From assembly GCA_030668825.1 (NCBI GenBank), contig DAOVET010000031.1, positions 1 through 28,771 of the forward strand: 28,771 bases of DNA, written 5' to 3'. Source of the DNA: Candidatus Heimdallarchaeota archaeon. Lineage in GTDB: Archaea > Asgardarchaeota > Heimdallarchaeia > Heimdallarchaeales > Heimdallarchaeaceae. The notes beneath the pieces are model-generated. The model searched no databases and was not told the DNA's origin. It was given only the letters and a program-made list of their open reading frames with translations. Numbering within the stretch: the first letter of the stretch is position 1; every line of letters begins with the position of its first letter. Positions 9,055 to 16,416 of the stretch are shown one piece after another. The position numbers and the translations under genes are program-made.

Positions 9055-9933
9055 ATGACTGTAAGAATAATGACAGATAGTGCTGCAGATATAACTCCAG
9101 ATTTAATCAAGAAGTACAATTTATCACTAGTTCCAACAGTGATAAGATTTGGTGATGAGATATACTATGAAGGAATAGATATTGATTTAGAGCAATATTA
9201 CGATAAATTTTTCACCTCTAAAGACTACCCTCAAACTGCTAATCCAACTCTTTACCACCAATATGAATTATTTGAGAAATTAGGAAATGAAGCGGATGAA
9301 GTAATAAATATAGTCATTTCTTCGGGTATTTCTGGTTCCTTTAATACAGCAATTAATGCTAGAAGAAGATATGAACAGAAGGTTAAGAACCCAGCTAAAA
9401 TTCTTATTTACGATTCAAAACTAGCAACTTTTGGTATAGGTGTAATTTCAATCATGGCAGCTGAGCTTGCTGAAAAAGGTCTGAGTGCTGATAAAATAAC
9501 CCCCAAATTAGATGAATATAGAGATAAGCTTGAAGTTGGTTTTACTGTAGCCGACCTAAAGTATTTACACAGGGGAGGAAGACTTAGTAGATCGAAGTAC
9601 TGGGTAGCTAAAATAGCTGATAGGAAACCTGTGATAGTTTTTGAAGATGGTAAGATGAATGTAGTTAAAACTGTTAAGGGCCATGAAAACGCCGTCATTG
9701 AATCATTTGAGTATGTTTATGAAAAAACAGGAAGACCCAATACTTTTAATGCCTATATTATGCATGCAAAGAATATGGATTCTGCAAAATTACTGAAAGA
9801 TTACATCATTGATAGGTTTAAACCCGAGGAACACAACATATCAATAGATGATTTAGGAATGGCTGTTACTACTCATACAGGTCTTGGTAGTATTGGTATT
9901 TGTTTGGATACACATTATAAATTTCTAAAATGA
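9055..9933 (+). CDS. degV: DegV/FakB-family fatty acid-binding protein (tandem paralog)
   Basis: TDSAADI, PQTANP, ISSGISGS, YDSK, YLHRGGRLS, THTGLG. Confidence 0.93.
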   Translation: MTVRIMTDSAADITPDLIKKYNLSLVPTVIRFGDEIYYEGIDIDLEQYYDKFFTSKDYPQTANPTLYHQYELFEKLGNEADEVINIVISSGISGSFNTAINARRRYEQKVKNPAKILIYDSKLATFGIGVISIMAAELAEKGLSADKITPKLDEYRDKLEVGFTVADLKYLHRGGRLSRSKYWVAKIADRKPVIVFEDGKMNVVKTVKGHENAVIESFEYVYEKTGRPNTFNAYIMHAKNMDSAKLLKDYIIDRFKPEEHNISIDDLGMAVTTHTGLGSIGICLDTHYKFLK

Positions 9934-9950
9934 CTAGACAAGTGATAAAA

Positions 9951-10667
9951 ATGAATTTTGAAGCATTACTTTTTGATTTAGATGGAACTTTGCTATATTT
10001 TGAACCGAGAGCTTTCATTAAAACCTATCTAGGAGCAGCTGCGAAGTTCTTCATAGATTTAGTTCCTAATCCTGAAACATTTTACACAGAATTACTCAAA
10101 TCTACAGATGTGATGGAAAATGGTGACAACGGGAATACTACAACTCTTGTTGATTTTATGGAAGATTTCTGTCCAAAATTTGATGTAGATTGTGAAACTA
10201 TACGAAAAAGATTTTTACAGTTTTACGATACTGAATATAAAGCTATAAAACCACTAATTTCCAAGATGAAAGGTGCTAGTACTTTACTACAGAATCTTAA
10301 GAAACTCCATCCTGAAAAGAAATTGATTTTAGCAACCAATCCTGTTTTTCCTTTCATAGCTGTACGAAAAAGAATGGAATGGGGAGGTATTCCTGAAAAT
10401 GTTTTTAATCTTATTACACACGCTGAAAATTCTAATTACTGCAAAAATAATAGCAATTATTGGCTAAACATAGCTAAAAAGACTGCAATAGATCCACAGA
10501 AATCATTAATGGTAGGAAATGATGGCTATAGGGATATGGTAGCTAAGAAATACGGTTACAAAACCTTTCTAGTGGAAACTGCTTCTGAAAATGAGGAGAA
10601 TATGACAGAAGATATTATGCCTGATTACAGAGGCAAATTAGAAGATCTTCACAATCTTATTTTCTGA
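9951..10667 (+). CDS. HAD-superfamily hydrolase (phosphatase)
   Basis: DLDGTL, LATNP, YCK, MVGND..RD. ATG 9951 follows a GTGAT RBS-like site; the track's alternative start at 9930 overlaps the degV stop (ATGA). Confidence 0.9.
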   Translation: MNFEALLFDLDGTLLYFEPRAFIKTYLGAAAKFFIDLVPNPETFYTELLKSTDVMENGDNGNTTTLVDFMEDFCPKFDVDCETIRKRFLQFYDTEYKAIKPLISKMKGASTLLQNLKKLHPEKKLILATNPVFPFIAVRKRMEWGGIPENVFNLITHAENSNYCKNNSNYWLNIAKKTAIDPQKSLMVGNDGYRDMVAKKYGYKTFLVETASENEENMTEDIMPDYRGKLEDLHNLIF

Positions 10668-10718
10668 TGATTTTTTACTTTAAATGGTAAGACATTTAAA
10701 CGTCTCATCTTTTTTCAC

Positions 10719-12422
10719 ATGAGAAAGATGTCTATTATAACTCCTGAAGCTTCATTCATTTTTGTTTATATCGCACTGTTATATAATGCGGGTTTATCAC
10801 TTAAGTTGATCTATAATTCTTTATCAAATCCTCTTTATGAAAGGAAAGTATGGAATTTATCATCTGCCGGGTTAATCTTTGTAGGAACGATTCTTTTCTT
10901 CCTCTGGTTTAATTTCTCATTGTCAGTAGATTTTGTTTGGGGGGGTCTAGTAGGCTGTTTTCTTCTGTTTGTAAACAACCTGTTAGCTACAATTTTTGCA
11001 TTTAAAAATTTAATTGAAGTTTCAAGATGGGGTAAAGCTAACTATATTTTCTTCACAGTTTTATCTTTGCAGTCGTTTATGTTATTACTAAATTTCATTG
11101 AAGCTCAAACAATTTTTGGTTTGCCTAGAGTTCTAGAATGGCTTATGATTATTCCTTCAGTTGGATATTCAGCTTTTCAAGCTTTTCTATATGGTCCAGT
11201 AGGTTATTTCTTCCCAGCACTTCTTTTGATTCCCCTTGCTGCTCCTATCAAATTTATGAGACCTCCTGAACCGGAACCGGAACCTGAGAAAACTACAACT
11301 AAAAAAACCAAAAAACAAGGTAAAGATTCAAAAGAGAGTGTATTTACAGAAGAAATTGAGATTCCAGAACAGAAGAAACCAGCAGTGTGGAAAACAATAC
11401 TTTCTTTTCTGGATAATGGTTCAAAAGGAATATTTGCTATTCTATTCATTTTACTAATGGTATTTAGCCTTCTAAATATTGGTACATTCACTTCATTCAG
11501 TGATTTTAAAGGCTCAGATTATCAACCTACATATCCTGAAAGAACTGATTTTGAATTCAGTGTATCATTAAAGACAATTACTTATCAACAAACCCTACTG
11601 TTTAACTATGAAGCTGTCTTTCAAGAGGAACTAGCTTTAATCAAGGAATTGAATGTTTCCACTGTAAGAATTGATATTAAAGCAGAGATTATTGATAACA
11701 ATCTAACAGAACTTATAGATATCACAGACCAACTCCATGCAAATGGTTTCAAAATCATGTTATCAACGTATGGATACGGATTTCCAACATGGAATTATCA
11801 AGCGGTCAATTTCACTGATTATGTCGATGTCATCGAACAGCAAGCTAAAACATTGATTCTTAACTGTACTCCTGAATATCTTCTTATCTATCCAGAACCT
11901 CTCGGTTTCTCTTCAGCATTTGTTAGAGAATTACAAACTCCTGTAGTTTGGGCATCTACTATAAATGATTCAGTGAACTATCTTAGATCTTTTACAAATG
12001 ATACAGAGATTGGCGTAAATCTCTCGTTTAATGATTTTGATAAATATGCTTTTGAAACTAGTGTATTCGAAGAATTATGGGAAAATACTACTCTTGATTT
12101 CATGGGAATCGATTTCTACATAATACATGCAAGGGATCTAAATTTAGACGTATATCTTGAAGATGTAACAAGTAACACAAAAGAATTCTGGGTGTGTGAA
12201 TTTGGCGTATCAGCAGTTATGTATGGTGAGAGAATTCAAGAAGCAGCTTTAGCGAGATTACTTGAGATATGTGTAAAAGAAAGTAGAATAAAAGGTTTCA
12301 ATTATTTCTCACTAATAGATGACTTAGCAGGTGGAAATTCGCTCGGATTAGTTGGGCAAACTGGTCACCAAAGGCTTTCATTCTATAAATATCAAGAAAT
12401 AATCAACAAAGTTGTTTTATAG
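10719..12422 (+). CDS. Polytopic membrane protein fused to an extracellular clan GH-A glycoside hydrolase (TIM barrel)
   Basis: About 5-6 N-terminal TM helices, a PEPEPEPE/K-rich loop, a further TM, then ELNVSTVRID, IYPEP (acid/base-like Glu), DFMGIDFY, WVCEFG (nucleophile-like Glu), GFNYF; many N-glycosylation sequons. Confidence 0.75.
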   Translation: MRKMSIITPEASFIFVYIALLYNAGLSLKLIYNSLSNPLYERKVWNLSSAGLIFVGTILFFLWFNFSLSVDFVWGGLVGCFLLFVNNLLATIFAFKNLIEVSRWGKANYIFFTVLSLQSFMLLLNFIEAQTIFGLPRVLEWLMIIPSVGYSAFQAFLYGPVGYFFPALLLIPLAAPIKFMRPPEPEPEPEKTTTKKTKKQGKDSKESVFTEEIEIPEQKKPAVWKTILSFLDNGSKGIFAILFILLMVFSLLNIGTFTSFSDFKGSDYQPTYPERTDFEFSVSLKTITYQQTLLFNYEAVFQEELALIKELNVSTVRIDIKAEIIDNNLTELIDITDQLHANGFKIMLSTYGYGFPTWNYQAVNFTDYVDVIEQQAKTLILNCTPEYLLIYPEPLGFSSAFVRELQTPVVWASTINDSVNYLRSFTNDTEIGVNLSFNDFDKYAFETSVFEELWENTTLDFMGIDFYIIHARDLNLDVYLEDVTSNTKEFWVCEFGVSAVMYGERIQEAALARLLEICVKESRIKGFNYFSLIDDLAGGNSLGLVGQTGHQRLSFYKYQEIINKVVL

Positions 12423-12437
12423 AAATAATGAAGAACT

Positions 12438-12494
12438 GCCTCAGACCGCCCATCAGCGATCATATTATCACACGACCGTTGTGTCATCATTAGC
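12438..12494 (-). ncRNA. Box C/D guide sRNA (2'-O-methylation guide)
   Basis: Minus strand: GCUA-[C AUGAUGA 12490-12484]-CACAACGGUCGU-[D' GUGA]-UAAU-[C' AUGAUCG]-CUGAUGGGCGGU-[D CUGA 12444-12441]-GGC. Two 12-nt spacers, a short terminal stem, and a D guide antisense to the conserved 16S sequence ACCGCCCGUCA. Confidence 0.88.
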
Positions 12495-12524
12495 TAATTC
12501 CTCAAGGAAAATAATCGAGTTTTG

Positions 12525-12538
12525 GTTTAAAGTTTTCG
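12525..12538 (-). promoter_or_regulatory. BRE + TATA promoter for the C/D sRNA
   Basis: Minus strand CGAAAA-C-TTTAAAC about 35 nt upstream of box C, predicting a TSS near 12500. Confidence 0.65.
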
Positions 12539-12546
12539 ATAATCCA

Positions 12547-13800
12547 CTATATGGACATTGCTTGAGCCATGGAAATGTATCCTTCAACCTCACTTTTAGC
12601 TATTCTAACAAACTCTAATAGCTGTTCAAGATTGCCCTCTGAAGCACTTAGGTGAGTCTCTTCAAGCCTTTTCATAGCTTCCTCAAATTTTGATAACGCA
12701 TCTTTGAATTGTTCTTGATCAAAAAGAGAAATTCCCTCTGTTTCTGAAGCTAGTGCTTCATAGAAAGATCTTTGAGCAGTCATATTTTTGATAAGTGATT
12801 CGCTTTTAATACTTGTTAGAAGACCCAAAGCAATATCTACTGATTCAACTGCTTTTTTGAATTTATTACTTGCATCTATTGGATTATCTCTTCTTTTATA
12901 GAGTTCATTAGCTTCAGATTCAAATTGGCTGGCTTGAGTGATTCGAGATAAAGCTAAGTACAGACGTTGTTCCATAAAATTTGAACAAATTACACTTGCT
13001 CTCGAATAATATTTGGATGCTATCGCAAAAAACCTTAGAGCTTCATTGAAGTTACTTATAATTATACTCTCTGTCCCTTGATCCCAAAACAATTCAGCTC
13101 TACCGACTATATGTGCTTTAGTTATCTCATCTATCTTGTTTTGCATATCTTCCATTTCTTTATCAAGTGATTTAAACAAAAAGTTGGCTTTCATTAATTC
13201 TGTTCTTGCATAAAGAAGGTGTTTCTTTGACTCTTTTGTGTTATCTGTAATTGATTCAGAAAGTTTTAACTCATAGATATATTTGGCATAACTTATTCTT
13301 GAATTTGAAACACTCACATCAATTGGATTATCGTCACTTTTGCGATTTTCTGAAAATTCTTCAAAGAAACCAATAGCTTCTTTTGCTGCTTGAATTTGAT
13401 TTTCTATGTTTTGATCAAGAAATGAGTTGCAAATTCGACACATCCCCTCAGAATAATTTATCCATTTAACCATCTCATTGAAAATTCTATCTCCTTCTCT
13501 CCCTCTAGAAGCTTTTGCTCGGATTAGCAACTTCAGTGATTCTTCATAGTTTTTTTGAGCATCAGCCTTCTTATCCTTTTTGAATAATTCGTCTCCTTTA
13601 ACAACATAAAGCATTCCAGCATAATAATATGACAAAACTTTGAATGCAACATTATCTTCTCCTGCTTCTTTAAATTCATTATACAGTTTAGAATATTCAT
13701 TATACGATGCTTTTAGATTTGAATAGACTGGTTCATAATGTAAAAATTGGAATTCAAGACTCTTTGTACTCAAAGGAACACCAAAATAATAATGAATCAC
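12547..13800 (-). CDS. Alpha-solenoid (TPR-like) hypothetical protein
   Basis: All-helical, with recurring G/A-x-x-L-F/Y...A-x-x-x-F/Y-x-x-A units (e.g. KGDELFKKDKKADAQKNYEES; EGISLFDQEQFKDALSKFEEA). The start may be TTG 13773 after a GGTG RBS-like site. Confidence 0.75.
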   Translation of the reverse strand: MIHYYFGVPLSTKSLEFQFLHYEPVYSNLKASYNEYSKLYNEFKEAGEDNVAFKVLSYYYAGMLYVVKGDELFKKDKKADAQKNYEESLKLLIRAKASRGREGDRIFNEMVKWINYSEGMCRICNSFLDQNIENQIQAAKEAIGFFEEFSENRKSDDNPIDVSVSNSRISYAKYIYELKLSESITDNTKESKKHLLYARTELMKANFLFKSLDKEMEDMQNKIDEITKAHIVGRAELFWDQGTESIIISNFNEALRFFAIASKYYSRASVICSNFMEQRLYLALSRITQASQFESEANELYKRRDNPIDASNKFKKAVESVDIALGLLTSIKSESLIKNMTAQRSFYEALASETEGISLFDQEQFKDALSKFEEAMKRLEETHLSASEGNLEQLLEFVRIAKSEVEGYISMAQAMSI

Positions 13801-13889
13801 AAAAATAAAAAAGTAACTATTGTTTTGTTCGTGTAAAAAGAGATAAAAATAGGAAGAAAAATACAGAATTAACTCTCATAGTGATAAAG

Positions 13890-14555
13890 ATGACAAAATT
13901 ACTTCCTGTAGTTGTTTTTGATATGGATGGAACAATAATTCAATCAAATATTGATTATTTTGGTACAAGGCAGAAAATGTGGAACATTTTGAAAAATACT
14001 GTAAGTAAAAATTACTATGAGGAAATAGTGGGTTCTCCAAGATCAATCATTGAACTGGTTGATTTAATAGAAAGAAACGATGAAACTAATACAAAAGTGA
14101 AATTGGCTTGGGAAATAATAGAAAAAAGCGAGAAAGAAGGCTATGAAGATGCAAGAGTCGATGATGATGTTTATGAGACTCTTGAATTCCTTAAAGCAAA
14201 AGAGTACACATTAACTATTTTTACAAATAATTCCAGAAAGTTAACAAACTATGGTCTTGAGAAATTTAATTTGCAGAAATATTTTGACTTTGTTCTTACA
14301 AGAGACGAAGTAAAAAATACTAAACCTCATCCTGAAGGTTTGGAAATCACGATGAGAAGATTTTCCGCTCAGAATAGCAATGTAGTGTTTGTAGGGGATA
14401 GTTGGATAGATGCCGAAACTGCTGTAAATGCAAGAGTCAAATTTATTTATTTTGGTTTAGAAGGATCTTCTGGAACAAGAAGAAAAGTGATCAAACCAGA
14501 CCATACTATTGAATTCATGAAAGATTTAATTCCAATAGTTGAGAAACTTAGGTAA
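13890..14555 (+). CDS. HAD-superfamily hydrolase, phosphoglycolate-phosphatase-like (subfamily IA)
   Basis: DMDGTI, FTNN, KPHP, VGDSWID; ATG 13890 follows GTGAT (track start 13881). Confidence 0.9.
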   Translation: MTKLLPVVVFDMDGTIIQSNIDYFGTRQKMWNILKNTVSKNYYEEIVGSPRSIIELVDLIERNDETNTKVKLAWEIIEKSEKEGYEDARVDDDVYETLEFLKAKEYTLTIFTNNSRKLTNYGLEKFNLQKYFDFVLTRDEVKNTKPHPEGLEITMRRFSAQNSNVVFVGDSWIDAETAVNARVKFIYFGLEGSSGTRRKVIKPDHTIEFMKDLIPIVEKLR

Positions 14556-14605
14556 TTTCTTTCCCTCTGTGCGAAAGAGATATATTATCACAGAAGTAAT
14601 CATAT

Positions 14606-16345
14606 ATGACTCATATGAAATCGAAAATAATAGTAAATTTCGCTTTGATTTTTCTTATTTTTTCTTCTGTTCTTACAATGTCAAGTACTTTAGCGTATGA
14701 AGATGAACCATACACTCCTCAGCTAGAGGAAATAAATACTATAAGTAGGGTGGTTGTCTTTAGCATCGACGCTTTTAGATATGATTATTGGTCAAGAACA
14801 GGGGACGCTGCTTCTTTTGAGTGGTTGAAAGAACAAGGGGTAACAGCAGCTTATAATGTTCCCTCTAACCCATCGGTTACTGCTGTAAACCATGTTTCTA
14901 TTATAACTGGTAATCATCCAGATAAGCATGGGATAATGGGAAACACATTCTATGACTGGGAAACAGGGAAAGCTTACTCACTTTTCTCTGATCCAACTGA
15001 TCCTTACAGAGATACAAACACTGGTCTGCACCTAATAACTACAAAACCCTCAGTTATTCATGCAGAAGAACAAGGTATAAAAACGGCAGTTTTCGCATGG
15101 CCTTATGTTGACTTTGGAACTGAATATGAGGGGATGTCCCCAACATATCTTTTTGACTATGATTGGTTTGGTGCCAATAATTTAAGAACTGACAAAGGCA
15201 TAGCAAATAAGGCTGCAAATACAATACTAGATGATCCTGAAATAGGTTTAGTATATGCATGGTTACCAGGTGTTGATAGCATCGGTCACTCTGCTGGACC
15301 TGAATCTGCTTCGGTTAAACAAGTTATTGATTTCTCTGTTGATGTAGCTCTCAGAACATTTTTTGAAAAACTAGATTCTGCTGGTTTGCTGGAAGAAACA
15401 CTTGTGATAATAGAATCTGACCATGGTATGGCTGCTGTAACTGACAGTGATTATTTCTTAGAAACAAAACCATTTTTCATTAATGCTGTAGCAAATACAG
15501 GACTTGATCCCTACATCGCACATGATGCAGCATTCGAACTTCTATACTTCATAGGTGAAACAAACACAACTAAAGTAGAGGAATTTGCTGGATATCTTAA
15601 AGGACAAGATGGAGTTCAAGCTGTCTTTGTCAATGATGAGCACAATAGCATAAATCTTGATAATCCAGCTAGAGGTGTAAATATATCTGTGTGGTTAGAA
15701 CCTGGAAGATCAAGGAATTTTGGTAGTACATATCTAGGAATGCATGGATACCTCAATAATAACACTGATATGAGAGGAATATTCTTAGCTGTAGGTCCAG
15801 GGATTACTCCAGGTAGTACGATAGGTGGAATAGATATGATAGATATTGCCCCTACTGCACTAGATATGTTAGGTATTATATCTGGTTTTGAAACTGATGG
15901 ATCTGTTCTTTCATCGATTTATGGCTCCAGAACTGAAGCATTTTCATATCCAGATATGTATGCCCCCACAATCTCAAAAATAACACTCAACCCTACTGAA
16001 CCAAGAGAAGGACTAGCTAATGTTATTGAAGTGAAAGTAAATGAATATGGAACCATAGTCAGTGCAGAAGCTGAGATATCAATAGATAATGGAACTGTCA
16101 GAACAATCAATTTGGTAGATATTGGTAGTAATAACACCTTCTTTGGAACAATGGGTGATTTCGTAGAAGGACAGGTGGTATCAGTTATTGTTACAGTTGA
16201 AGACTCAATAGGTTTTCAAGCAATTGGAGATACTGTAACGTTTACAGTTGGAGCTCTTGTTAAGAAAACAAGTTACAGCTTAATATCTTTGATAGCTCTA
16301 GTTTTTGTTGTTCCATATGTTTATAGAAGGAAGAGAAATAACTAA
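14606..16345 (+). CDS. Cell-surface alkaline phosphatase-superfamily nucleotide pyrophosphatase/phosphodiesterase (ENPP-like) with Ig-like domain and C-terminal TM anchor
   Basis: Signal peptide, SIDAFRYDY, PSVTAVNHVSIITG (Thr nucleophile), HGIMGN, DSIGH, SDHGM, GMHGY, DIAPT; C-terminal hydrophobic helix followed by RRKR. Confidence 0.9.
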   Translation: MTHMKSKIIVNFALIFLIFSSVLTMSSTLAYEDEPYTPQLEEINTISRVVVFSIDAFRYDYWSRTGDAASFEWLKEQGVTAAYNVPSNPSVTAVNHVSIITGNHPDKHGIMGNTFYDWETGKAYSLFSDPTDPYRDTNTGLHLITTKPSVIHAEEQGIKTAVFAWPYVDFGTEYEGMSPTYLFDYDWFGANNLRTDKGIANKAANTILDDPEIGLVYAWLPGVDSIGHSAGPESASVKQVIDFSVDVALRTFFEKLDSAGLLEETLVIIESDHGMAAVTDSDYFLETKPFFINAVANTGLDPYIAHDAAFELLYFIGETNTTKVEEFAGYLKGQDGVQAVFVNDEHNSINLDNPARGVNISVWLEPGRSRNFGSTYLGMHGYLNNNTDMRGIFLAVGPGITPGSTIGGIDMIDIAPTALDMLGIISGFETDGSVLSSIYGSRTEAFSYPDMYAPTISKITLNPTEPREGLANVIEVKVNEYGTIVSAEAEISIDNGTVRTINLVDIGSNNTFFGTMGDFVEGQVVSVIVTVEDSIGFQAIGDTVTFTVGALVKKTSYSLISLIALVFVVPYVYRRKRNN

Positions 16346-16416
16346 TTTCTCTCTAACTTTTTTTCTTCAAAAAATAAAGCAATATATACTAGTATGTCAC
16401 ATGTTATCATGATATT

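Noticed and set aside
11264-11289. CCTGAACCGGAACCGGAACCTGAG tandem repeat
   Set aside because: Encodes a PEPEPEPE linker; not a CRISPR or a contingency locus.
12412-12618. 68-aa + strand ORF
   Set aside because: Overlaps the ends of two genes; the region is better explained by the minus-strand C/D sRNA and its promoter.
14600-14618. Palindromes TCATATATGA and TCATATGA at the ENPP start
   Set aside because: AT-only cores overlapping start codons; plausible by chance.
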